A stretch of 64,000 bases of DNA, taken from Anaeromyxobacteraceae bacterium (GTDB lineage Bacteria; Myxococcota; Myxococcia; Myxococcales; Anaeromyxobacteraceae). Shown here piece by piece: positions 54,450 to 62,986 of this stretch. Under the pieces are notes generated by a model, which worked only from the letters and a program-made list of their open reading frames with translations, was not told where the DNA came from and searched no databases. The first letter of the stretch is position 1, and every line of letters begins with the position of its first letter. The DNA lies in contig JASGHJ010000002.1 in NCBI GenBank assembly GCA_047602405.1, positions 64,001 to 128,000 of the forward strand. The letters are read 5' to 3'. The position numbers were made by a program, and so were the translations under genes.

Positions 54450-54827
54450 GTGCAAAAGCTCCTCCTCGTCTGCGCCGGCGGCGCGTTCGGCAGCGGCGCG
54501 CGCTACCTCGTCCAGACGCTCGCGGTGCGGGTGTGGGGCCCCGACTGGCCGCGCGGCACCTTCGTCGTCAACGTGGTCGGCTCGTTCCTTCTCGGCACCA
54601 TCGCCTCCTCGCTGGGCGGCCGCCCCGACGCCGAGCACCTCCGGCTCCTCCTCGGCGCGGGGATCATGGGCGGGTTCACGACCTACTCGTCGTTCAACGC
54701 CGAGACGCTGCAGCTCTGGGCCTCCGGCCGCCCCGTCGCCGCGGCGGCGTACCTCGCCGGCACCATCCTCACCTGCCTCGTCGCCGGCGTCGCCGGGCTC
54801 TCGGCGGGCCGGGCCATCGCGAGCTAG
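54450..54827 (+). CDS. crcB: Fluoride efflux channel CrcB/FluC
   Basis: [33 protein letters not shown]. Confidence 0.92.
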   Translation: MQKLLLVCAGGAFGSGARYLVQTLAVRVWGPDWPRGTFVVNVVGSFLLGTIASSLGGRPDAEHLRLLLGAGIMGGFTTYSSFNAETLQLWASGRPVAAAAYLAGTILTCLVAGVAGLSAGRAIAS

Positions 54828-54829
54828 TC

Positions 54830-54891
54830 CATGAACGGCCTCACCGCATGAACGGCCTCACCGCATGAACGGCCTCACCGCATGAGCGGCC
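54830..54891 (+). repeat. Tandem repeat, 3 x 17 bp (CATGAACGGCCTCACCG) plus a partial copy containing the ABC gene start codon
   Basis: Exact copies at 54830, 54847 and 54864; CATGAGCGGCC at 54881. Confidence 0.95.
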
Positions 54892-55814
54892 CTGCCATCC
54901 GCTGCCGCGCGCTCGTGAAGCGCTACCCGGGCTCGCCCGAGGTCCTCGCCGTGAACGGGCTCGACCTCGACGTCGCGCGCGGCGAGTGCTTCGGCCTCCT
55001 CGGGCCCAACGGCGCGGGCAAGACCACCACCGTCGAGATCCTGGAGGGCCTCCTCCCGCCGACCTCCGGCGAGGTCGAGATCCTCGGCGCCCGCTGGGAC
55101 CGGGACGCGACCGGGCTCCGCGAGCGGCTCGGCATCACGCTCCAGGAGACGCACCTCCCCGAGAAGCTCACCGTGGAGGAGGTGCTGCGCCTCTTCCGCT
55201 CGTTCTACCGGACCGGCCGCGGCGTCGACGAGGTCATCGGCCTCGTCGCGCTCGAGGACAAGCGGCGCACCTGGTACGAGCGGCTCTCGGGCGGCCAGAA
55301 GCAGCGGCTCGCGGTGGCGTGCGCGCTCGTCGGCGATCCGGAGCTGCTCTTCCTCGACGAGCCGACCACCGGCCTCGACCCGCAGTCGCGCCGCCAGCTG
55401 TGGGACGTCGTCGTCGACCTCAAGCGCAAGGGGAGGACCGTCGTCCTCACGACGCACTACATGGACGAGGCCGAGCGGCTCTGCGACCGGGTCGCCATCG
55501 TGGACCGCGGCCAGGTCATCCGGAGCGGCACGCCCCGGGAGCTCGTCGCCGCAGTGGTCGGCCACGAGGTGGTCGAGTTCGAGGCGCCGGACGGCGCGGT
55601 CGGGGAAGGGGAGCTGCGCGCGCTGCCGGGCGTCGCGGGCGTCCGTCGCGCCGGCGCGGCCTGGGCGCTCACCGCCGACCGCGTGCACGTCGTCATCCCG
55701 GCGCTGCTCGGGCACCTCGAGGCGAAGGGCGTCCCGCTCACCGCGCTCTCGACGCACCGGGCGACGCTCGAGGACGTGTTCGTGACGCTGACCGGCCGGA
55801 GGCTGCGTGACTAG
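54882..55814 (+). CDS. ABC transporter ATP-binding protein (ABC-2/DrrA-like)
   Basis: GPNGAGKTT, LSGGQKQR, LFLDEPTTGLD, TTHYMDEAE. Confidence 0.93.
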   Translation: MSGPAIRCRALVKRYPGSPEVLAVNGLDLDVARGECFGLLGPNGAGKTTTVEILEGLLPPTSGEVEILGARWDRDATGLRERLGITLQETHLPEKLTVEEVLRLFRSFYRTGRGVDEVIGLVALEDKRRTWYERLSGGQKQRLAVACALVGDPELLFLDEPTTGLDPQSRRQLWDVVVDLKRKGRTVVLTTHYMDEAERLCDRVAIVDRGQVIRSGTPRELVAAVVGHEVVEFEAPDGAVGEGELRALPGVAGVRRAGAAWALTADRVHVVIPALLGHLEAKGVPLTALSTHRATLEDVFVTLTGRRLRD

Positions 55815-56863
55815 CGACCCCGGCTCCCCGGTCGACCGCTTTCCGGTGCTGCAGCTCACGCTCGCGCGGCTGCGCGACTTCTTCCGGGAGCCCTCCACCG
55901 TCTTCTGGAGCTTCGGCTTCCCGGTGCTGCTCGCCGTCGCGCTCGGCATCGCGTTCCGGGCCCGGCCGCCGGAGCCCGTGCACGTCGCCGTGCAGGACGG
56001 CCCGGGCGCCGCGGAGGCCCGCGACGTGCTCCTCGCCGGGAAGGACGTGAAGGCCCGGGTGCTCGCGCCCGCCGAGGCCGCGGTCGCGCTCCGCACCGGC
56101 CGCGTCGCCATCGTCGTCGTGCCGGGCGAGCCGCCGGTCTACCGGCTCGACCCGACCCGGCCCGAGAGCCGGCTCGCGCGCGCGGTCGTGGACGATCTCC
56201 TCCAGCGGGCGGCCGGGCGCAGGGACGCCATCGGCCCGCGCGAGGAGGCGCTCACCGAGCCCGGCGCGCGCTACATCGACTTCCTCGTGCCGGGCCTGCT
56301 CGGCATGAACCTCATGTCGGCGGGCATGTGGGGGATCGGCTGGGTGATCGTCGAGCAGCGCTCGAAGAAGCTGCTCAAGCGCATGATCGCGACGCCGATG
56401 GCGAGGCGGGACTACCTCGCCTCCTTCCTCCTGATGCGACTCTTCTTCCTCGTCATCGAGGTGCCGCTCTTCCTCGGGTTCGCGGTGCTCGCGTTCGGCG
56501 TCCCCGTCCGCGGCTCGCTCGCCGCGCTGGCGCTCGTCACCACGCTCGGCGCGCTGGCGTTCAGCGGGCTCGGGCTCCTCGTCGCCTGTCGCGCGCGGAA
56601 CACGCAGACGGTCTCCGGCCTCATCAACCTCGTGATGATGCCGATGTTCCTCCTCTCCGGCGTCTTCTTCTCCGCCGACAACTTCCCCGAGATCATGCAG
56701 CCGGCCATCCGGGCGCTCCCGCTCACGGCGCTCAACGACGGGCTGCGCGCGGTGATGAACGACGGGGCCGGCCTGGCCGGCGTCGCGCCGCAGGCGCTGC
56801 TCCTCGCGGCGGTGGGGAGCGTCAGCTTCGGCCTCGCGCTGCGCCTGTTCCGCTGGTCCTCAG
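55807..56863 (+). CDS. ABC-2 type permease; expected stop after …LRLFRWS is missing
   Basis: YIDFLVPGLLGMN, PMFLLSGVFF, C-terminal LFRW typical of the family; frame then runs on as low-complexity sequence to 58002. Confidence 0.82.
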
Positions 56864-56980
56864 GACGTCGAGGCCGCCGGCCGACGGTACGCGGCCGCCG
56901 CCGTGCCCCGCCGCCGCGCCGTGCCCACCGTGCTGTTCGAACGCAACGGGGTTCGGACGGACCACGGCGGGGAGGCGGTC

Positions 56981-57778
56981 ATGGCGAGGCTCATCGGGGC
57001 GTTGGCGGTCGTGGTGGCGCTGGGCGCGGCGCCCGTGGCGCGCGCGCAGGACGGGGCGGCGGGGCGGGGCGACCCCCGTGGCCAGCCGGGCGGCCCGGAC
57101 CTCCAGGACCGGTGCGTCCGGCTCCTCTCCGGCGAGATCCTGGAGGGCGACGACCTCGCCCAGCTCCGGTCCCGCTGCGAGGCGCTCGTCCGCGCCGGCA
57201 CCTCCCGCGCGCAGGCCGAGCCGGGCGAGGCGGTGCGCACGAGCTTCACGCAGGCCGGCTCCGAGCTCTTCGGGCGCGGCCAGCGGCTGCCGATGGGCCA
57301 GACCCGGCGTGGACCGGTCGAGAACACGCTCATGACGAACCCGGTCGGCTGGTTCTCCGGGCTCGGCGTGAACGCCGAGTACTCCCGGCCGCTGCCGCAG
57401 TGGAACAAGGTGTCCTTCGCCGTGGGCGGGAACTACGCGCGCGCGAACGCCTCGAACGGCAACGTCACCTCGTTCGGCGCCGGCGGCGGCCTCGACCTCT
57501 TCATCCTCGGCCGCTCGAACGAGGGCCTGCGCCTCGGCGGCCGGCTGGGCTTCTCGATCGGCAACGAGGACGTCGGCAACACCACCACCTTCGCGCGCAT
57601 GAACGCGGGCGCCGAGCTGGGCTACCGCTTCATCGCCTCGAACGGGCTCTCGGCGGGGATCACCTTCGGCCTCGGCGGCCGGGTGGCGGGGGACGAGCAG
57701 AACACGCAGTTCGAGTCGCTCACCGGCTCCGGCGAGTTCGGGCCCTACTTCAAGCTCGGGGCCGGCTACTCCTGGTAG
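56981..57778 (+). CDS. Putative outer-membrane beta-barrel protein
   Basis: GGAGG RBS, signal peptide, Gly-rich amphipathic strands, C-terminal LGAGYSW beta-signal. Confidence 0.7.
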   Translation: MARLIGALAVVVALGAAPVARAQDGAAGRGDPRGQPGGPDLQDRCVRLLSGEILEGDDLAQLRSRCEALVRAGTSRAQAEPGEAVRTSFTQAGSELFGRGQRLPMGQTRRGPVENTLMTNPVGWFSGLGVNAEYSRPLPQWNKVSFAVGGNYARANASNGNVTSFGAGGGLDLFILGRSNEGLRLGGRLGFSIGNEDVGNTTTFARMNAGAELGYRFIASNGLSAGITFGLGGRVAGDEQNTQFESLTGSGEFGPYFKLGAGYSW

Positions 57779-58388
57779 TCAGCGGGGCCGCTCGAGCCCC
57801 AGCCGCGCGAGATCCTCCGGCGTGTTCGCGTTCTCGAACGCGCGGCCGGCGGGATTCGAGCGCGGCCCACTCCGCCTCGCTCACCTCCGCCACCCGCACC
57901 GCCGCCGCGACGTCCCACAGCGACGGGTCGCCCCCGGCGAGGAGCCGCTCGAGCGGGGCCAGGCACGCCCTCGACCAGAGCGCGTGCATGAACTGGAGGT
58001 GACCCTGCCAGCGCACGATGACCGCGTCGGCGCCGGCGCGGCGCGCGGCGAGCGCGCGGACGCCCTCCGCGGACACGAAGGGCATGTCGCACGCCGCGGT
58101 GAACACCCACGGCGCGCCCGCCGCCGAGAGCACCGCGTGGAGCCCGCCCGGCGCGCCTCTCCCGGGCAGCCGGTCCGGCACCGCGCGCAGCCCCAGCGCG
58201 GCGTACGGGGCGGGATCGTTCGCCGAGAGGAGCACCTCTCCGAAGAGCGCCGACAGCACGCGCGCGGTCCGGGCCGCGATCGACTCGCCGTCGAGCGTGA
58301 GGAGCCCCTTCGCGAGGCCGCCGAGCCGCTTCCCGCCGCCGCCCGCGAGGAGCGCCCCCGCGCAGCCGTCGATCCGTCCGTCCGTCAT
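57779..58388 (-). CDS. mobA: Molybdenum cofactor guanylyltransferase, +1 frameshift near the 3' end (~57855)
   Basis: LLAGGGGKRLGGLAKG, GAPGGLH, ACDMPF; deleting one base gives LDPAGRAFENANTPEDL with stop at 57779. Confidence 0.85.
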
Positions 58389-58477
58389 CGGACCGCCAGT
58401 CTACAACGCGGCGCGCAAGGCAGGCCCTCGCGAGCGCTTGGTCTTTGAGCCGGGGTCCTGTTACAAGACCCGTTTCC

Positions 58478-58810
58478 GTGAATCCGGACCAGCGCATCGT
58501 GGCCTTCCAGGCCTTCGTGGCGAAGAGCCCCGGCGACGCCTTCGCGCGCTACTCGCTCGCGATGGCGCTCCGCTCGGCGGGTCGCCTGGAGGAGGCCGTG
58601 CGGGAGTTCGAGGAGAACGTCCGCCGCTGCCCGGACTACGTGCCGACCTACCTCATGCTCGGGCAGTCGCTCGAGGCGCTCGGCCGTGCGCCGGGCGCCG
58701 CGGCCGCCTACGAGCAGGGGGTGGCGGCGGCGGGGAGGGCCGGCGATTCGCACGCCGCCTCCGAGATCGGCGGGGCGCTCGAGGCGCTCCGCGCGAAGGG
58801 AACGACATGA
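58478..58810 (+). CDS. Small TPR protein
   Basis: DAFARYSLAM…PDYVPTYLMLGQ…YEQG. Confidence 0.75.
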   Translation: MNPDQRIVAFQAFVAKSPGDAFARYSLAMALRSAGRLEEAVREFEENVRRCPDYVPTYLMLGQSLEALGRAPGAAAAYEQGVAAAGRAGDSHAASEIGGALEALRAKGTT

Positions 58811-59670
58811 GCATCGATCCGAAGGACGTGGACGTCACCCGGGCGAGGATGGAGACGGACGACGTCCGGCTCTCGCTGGGCGGCCTGATGAAGGGCAAGC
58901 GCGCCGTCATCTCCGGCGTCGCGAACGACCGCTCCATCGCGTGGGCGATCGCGGAGGCGTTCCACCGCGAGGGCGCCGAGCTCGTCTTCACCTACCCGGG
59001 CGAGGCGATGGAGAAGCGGGTGCGCCCGCTCGCCGAGTCGCTCGGCGCGAAGGCGTGCCTCGACTGCGACGTCTCGAAGGACGAGGACCTCGACCGCACC
59101 GCCGCCGAGATCGCGAAGGTGTGGGACCGGGTCGACGTCGTGCTGCACTCGATCGGCTTCGCCCCGCGCGCGGCCCTCGACGGCCGCTTCACCGACGTGA
59201 CCACCCGCGACGCATGGCGGATCACGATGGACATCTCGGCCTACTCGCTCATCGGGATGGCCCGCTCGCTGAAGCCGCTCATGAAGCCGGGCGCGTCGAT
59301 CCTGTCGCTCACGTACTACGGCGCCGAGAAGGTGGTCCGGAACTACAACGTGATGGGCGTCGCGAAGGCCGCGCTCGAGTGCGCCACCCGCTACCTCGCC
59401 GACGACCTCGGCCAGGACGGCATCCGGGTGAACAGCATCTCGGCCGGGCCCATCAAGACGCTCGCCGCCGCCGGCATCAAGGGCATGCGGACGATGCTCT
59501 CCGAGAACGCCGCGCGTACGCCGCTCCGCCGCAACGTCGAGCAGGAGGACTGCGCCCGCGCGGCCCTCTACCTGTGCAGCGACCTCGCCCGGAACGTGAC
59601 CGGCGAGATCCTCCACGTGGACGCCGGCCAGAACATCCTCGGCACGGTGTCGATGGGCGAGGAGAAGTAG
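58807..59670 (+). CDS. fabI: Enoyl-ACP reductase
   Basis: GVANDRSIAWAIA, HSIGFAP, ISAYSL, YNVMGVAKAALE, SAGPIKTLAAAGI. Confidence 0.93.
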   Translation: MSIDPKDVDVTRARMETDDVRLSLGGLMKGKRAVISGVANDRSIAWAIAEAFHREGAELVFTYPGEAMEKRVRPLAESLGAKACLDCDVSKDEDLDRTAAEIAKVWDRVDVVLHSIGFAPRAALDGRFTDVTTRDAWRITMDISAYSLIGMARSLKPLMKPGASILSLTYYGAEKVVRNYNVMGVAKAALECATRYLADDLGQDGIRVNSISAGPIKTLAAAGIKGMRTMLSENAARTPLRRNVEQEDCARAALYLCSDLARNVTGEILHVDAGQNILGTVSMGEEK

Positions 59671-59720
59671 CGCCCGCGCCTTCGTAGCCCTCCTGCAGGC
59701 GGGTTTCCTCTCTGGGGGTG

Positions 59721-60010
59721 CCGTGGGCGGCCGGCTCGCCGGGCCTCTCCGCTCCTCGGGCCGTTGGGCAAAGGCCCGCCGCGCAGGGGATCCTGGAGAC
59801 GGCACCGGATCGGTGGAGACCCGCGGCACGTCCACGCGTGCCAGCCGAGTGGGACGTCCACGATGAGCTGACGTCTCCGGCTCGGCTGTCACGCTCCGTG
59901 CAGATCGCGGCTCCGTCGTTGGGCGGGCCAGCCGAAGGCCCTGCGGGGCAGAGAGGCCCGGCGATCCGGCCGCCTGCGATCGGGGTGATGGGTCGAGGAG
60001 GGATGGCGGA
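59721..60010 (+). repeat. Structured non-coding element, copy A (long imperfect hairpin)
   Basis: Self-complementary: 59725-59749 pairs with 59951-59975 and inner stems; homologous to the reverse complement of 60074-60378. Confidence 0.85.
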
Positions 60011-60028
60011 CGCGTTGGAGAACTCGGA

Positions 60029-60068
60029 GAACGTGAGGCTTCAACTCCGAACGTAAGGCTTCAACTCC
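60029..60068. repeat. Direct tandem repeat, 2 x 20 bp (GAACGTRAGGCTTCAACTCC), between the two inverted copies
   Basis: Copies at 60029 and 60049 with one mismatch. Confidence 0.9.
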
Positions 60069-60073
60069 GGAGC

Positions 60074-60378
60074 TCCGCCTCTCCCCCATCTCCACGCAAC
60101 CCAGGCCGCCTCGCGGGGTCTCTCCGCACCGCCGGCTTTCGGCAGGCCCGCCCAAGATCGGAGCCGCGATCTGCACCAAGCGTGACGGCCGAGGCGGCCA
60201 GCACCGCGTCACCTTCGTCACCGCCCCGCGCCCAAGACCACGCACCTCCCGCCTCGGCTGGCACGCGTGGTGGTGCCGCGGCTTTCCCATCCCCGGCACC
60301 GCCTCCACGATCCCCCACGCGGCGGGCCTTTGCCCAAGGCCAAGCGGTGCGGAGAGGCCCCGCGAGGCGGCCCATCGG
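60074..60378 (-). repeat. Structured non-coding element, copy B (inverted relative to copy A)
   Basis: 60104-60132 pairs with 60344-60372; shares TTGGGCAAAGGCCCGCCGCG, CCACGCGTGCCAGCCGAG and GTGCAGATCGCGGCTCCG with copy A. Confidence 0.85.
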
Positions 60379-60408
60379 ACAGGTCACCAGGACTGGACGA
60401 GGGAACAG

Positions 60409-61065
60409 CTACACGAACCGTCCGCGGGGCTTCTTCTCGCCCACGAATGGGTTCGTCCGCCGCTCGTCGCCGAGCCGGCCCGCCGGGCCGTGGCCCGGGT
60501 GGAAGGTGACGTCGTCGCCGAGCGGGAACAGCCGCTCGACGATCGACGCGCGAAGGGCGTCGAAGTCGCCGCCCGGGAGGTCGGTGCGGCCGACCGAGCC
60601 CGCGAAGAGCGTGTCGCCGGTGAAGAGCACCTTCGCGTCGGGGAACCACAGGCAGGTCCCGCCGCGCGTGTGCCCCGGCGTGTGGAGCACCTGCCCGACG
60701 TGCTCGCCCACCCGCACCTCGTCGCCCTCGCCGTGGCGGAGGTCGACGGTGGGCGGGGTCGCCCGCGGGAAGCCGAACATCTCGGCCTGGCCGGGCAGCG
60801 CCGCGAGCCAGGGCTCGTCCTCCGGGTGGATCGAGAACGGCGCGCCGGTCGCCTCGCGGACCGCCTCGGCCGCGGTCACGTGGTCGATGTGCCCGTGCGT
60901 CGCGAACACGCGGGTGACCTTCAGGCCGCCCGGCTCGCGGAGCCCGAGGATCCGCGGCGCCTCGTCGCCCGGGTCGACGAGCACGGCCTCGCCGGTGCGG
61001 TCGCACGCGACGAGGTAGCTGTTCTCCTGGAACGGGCCGACGACGACGCTGCGGACGACGAGCAC
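60409..61065 (-). CDS. MBL-fold metallo-hydrolase (glyoxalase II/YcbL-like)
   Basis: THGHIDH, HTPGHT, FTGDTLF, PGHG. Confidence 0.9.
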   Translation of the reverse strand: MLVVRSVVVGPFQENSYLVACDRTGEAVLVDPGDEAPRILGLREPGGLKVTRVFATHGHIDHVTAAEAVREATGAPFSIHPEDEPWLAALPGQAEMFGFPRATPPTVDLRHGEGDEVRVGEHVGQVLHTPGHTRGGTCLWFPDAKVLFTGDTLFAGSVGRTDLPGGDFDALRASIVERLFPLGDDVTFHPGHGPAGRLGDERRTNPFVGEKKPRGRFV

Positions 61066-61079
61066 GATCGCTCCCCTCG

Positions 61080-61110
61080 GAAACGGAAACGGGGCCGCGA
61101 GGGCCCCGTT
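61080..61110 (-). terminator. Possible terminator or RNA hairpin after the IscA-family gene
   Basis: Minus strand AACGGGGCC-CTCGC-GGCCCCGTT followed by TCCGTTTC. Confidence 0.45.
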
Positions 61111-61137
61111 CACGGTGCGGCGGAGGTGGCCTCCCGG

Positions 61138-61524
61138 CTACGCGGAGAAGCTCGAGCCGCAGCCGCAGGTGCTCTTCGCGTTCGGGTTGATGAACTTGAA
61201 CCCGGCGCCCTGGAGGCCGACCACGTAGTCGATGGTGACGCCCTGCAGGTACATGGAGCTCATCGGGTCGACGAGGAGGGTGACGCCGTCCTGCGCGATG
61301 GTCATGTCGCCCTCGCGCGGGTCCTTCTCGAAGTCCATGGAGTACTGGAAGCCGGCGCAGCCGCCGCCCATCACGCCGATGCGGATGCCGTAGCCGCCGA
61401 GCCCTTCGCGCTCCATCGCGTCCTTGATCATCTCGACGGCCTTCGCCGTCAGGGCGACGGGCGCCTTGTCGAGGCCCAGGTCGGCGGGGGTCGCGGTGGC
61501 GGGGGCGGCGGTGGTGGCGTCCAT
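61138..61524 (-). CDS. Iron-sulfur cluster assembly/insertion accessory protein (IscA/ErpA/HesB family)
   Basis: GGGCAGFQY, NPNAKSTCGCGSSF. Confidence 0.92.
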   Translation of the reverse strand: MDATTAAPATATPADLGLDKAPVALTAKAVEMIKDAMEREGLGGYGIRIGVMGGGCAGFQYSMDFEKDPREGDMTIAQDGVTLLVDPMSSMYLQGVTIDYVVGLQGAGFKFINPNAKSTCGCGSSFSA

Positions 61525-61658
61525 GCGTTTCTCTCCAGGAGTTCCGGCGGTTCGCCGGGGTTCGTCGTGAACACGGAGCCTAACAGCGGCCCCCGGTCAG
61601 ATCAATGCGGACTCACGGAGTCCAGATCGCCCCGGGAAAGCGGGACTCACGGTCCGGG

Positions 61659-62354
61659 TCACGCCCGCCCCGACAGGTGCCGCCCGCCGTCGACCGGGAG
61701 CACCGCCCCGGTGACGAACGGGGCCGTGGCGAGGAAGCGGACCGCCGCGGCGACGTCCCCGGCAGTGCCGGTCGCACCGAGCGGGATCCGGCGGGCGAGC
61801 GCGCGCCGCCGCGCGGGCGGGTACCGCTCCGGCCAGAGCACGGTCCCGGGCGCCACCGCGTTCACGCGGACCTTCGGGGCGAGCTCGAGGGCCAGGCACT
61901 CGGTCAGGCGCACGAGGGCCGCCTTCGACGCCGCGTAGGCCGCGAAGCCCTTCCAGGGTACGAGGCCGCCGCCGACGTCGGCGACGTTCACGATCGCGCC
62001 CCTGGCGCGGCGGAGCAGCGGCGCGAGCGCCCGCGCGAGGAGGAGCGGCGCCCGGGCGTTGAGGTCCATCTGCGCGTCGAAGCTCGCCGCGTCGATCGCC
62101 TCGAGCGGCTGCTCGTCGAAGCCGGCGGCGCTGTTCACGAGGAGGTCGAGCCGGTCGAAGCGCGCGCGGAACGCGGCGGCGAGCGCGCCGGGCCCGTCGG
62201 GCAGGGCGAGGTCGGCCGGCAGCGCGGCGGCGAAGCCCCGGGGACGGTGCGTCCGGTAGTGCGCCGCGACCGTCCAGCCGTCGCGCGCGAGGCCGCGGGC
62301 GATCGCCTCGCCCACGCGCACGCCCGCGCCGGTGACGAGCGCGACGCGCCTCAC
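61659..62354 (-). CDS. SDR oxidoreductase, pteridine reductase-like
   Basis: ALVTGAGVRVG, LVNSA, YAASK, VRVNAVAPG, VDGGRHL. Confidence 0.85.
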   Translation of the reverse strand: MRRVALVTGAGVRVGEAIARGLARDGWTVAAHYRTHRPRGFAAALPADLALPDGPGALAAAFRARFDRLDLLVNSAAGFDEQPLEAIDAASFDAQMDLNARAPLLLARALAPLLRRARGAIVNVADVGGGLVPWKGFAAYAASKAALVRLTECLALELAPKVRVNAVAPGTVLWPERYPPARRRALARRIPLGATGTAGDVAAAVRFLATAPFVTGAVLPVDGGRHLSGRA

Positions 62355-62923
62355 GCCTGCTCCCCGGCCGCGGGGCGAGAGGGCCTCCAGGGCGCCTCCG
62401 GCCGGCCGGCGCGGAGGTTCGCGACGCGGGCCGCGGTGAAGAGGTAGTCGGAGAGGCGGTTCAGGTACACGAGCACCTCGGGATCGACCGCGGCCTCGGC
62501 CGCGAGCGCGACCACCCGGCGCTCGGCCCGGCGGCAGACGCAGCGCGCGAGGTGCAGGGCCGCCGCGGCGGGCGTGCCGGCGGGGAGGACGAAGCTCGTG
62601 AGCGGGGGCAGCTCGCGGTCCCACGCGTCGATCGCGCCCTCGAGGCGGGCCGCCCAGGCCGGGTCGACCGGCGGCACCACGGCCCGGGCCTTCGCCTCGT
62701 GCGGCGTCGCGAGCTCGGCGCCGAGCGTGAAGAGCTCGGACTGCACGAGGCCGAGCTGGGCCTCGAGCTCGGGGTCGAGCGGGCCGGCCCGCACCACCCC
62801 CAGGGCGGCGTTGAGCTCGTCGACCTCGCCGTAGGCCTCGACCCGCGGGTCGAACTTCTTCACCCGGGGCCCGCCGAACAGGGCGGTCTCTCCGCGGTCG
62901 CCCGTCTTCGTGTAGATCTTCAC
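62351..62923 (-). CDS. Cob(I)alamin adenosyltransferase, PduO type
   Basis: KIYTKTGDRGET, AYGEVDELN, CRRAERR, YLNRLSDYLF. Confidence 0.92.
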   Translation of the reverse strand: MKIYTKTGDRGETALFGGPRVKKFDPRVEAYGEVDELNAALGVVRAGPLDPELEAQLGLVQSELFTLGAELATPHEAKARAVVPPVDPAWAARLEGAIDAWDRELPPLTSFVLPAGTPAAAALHLARCVCRRAERRVVALAAEAAVDPEVLVYLNRLSDYLFTAARVANLRAGRPEAPWRPSRPAAGEQA

Positions 62924-62986
62924 GGCCCGGTGCCTAACATCCCCACCGTCCGGGGACAACGCCCGGCAAAGGGTCGAGAGCCAGCC

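Noticed and set aside
55807..58002. 731-aa ABC permease fusion protein
   Set aside because: Family similarity ends at LFRWS (~56859); the rest is low-complexity read-through overlapping a genuine gene at 56981-57778.
59718..60387. Short ORFs across the fabI-MBL intergenic region as real proteins
   Set aside because: Low-complexity translations; the two homologous arms differ by indels that break frame but keep base pairing, which argues for non-coding structure.
62924..62986. Cobalamin riboswitch near the adenosyltransferase
   Set aside because: Intergenic region is about 60 nt, too short, and no B12-box is visible.
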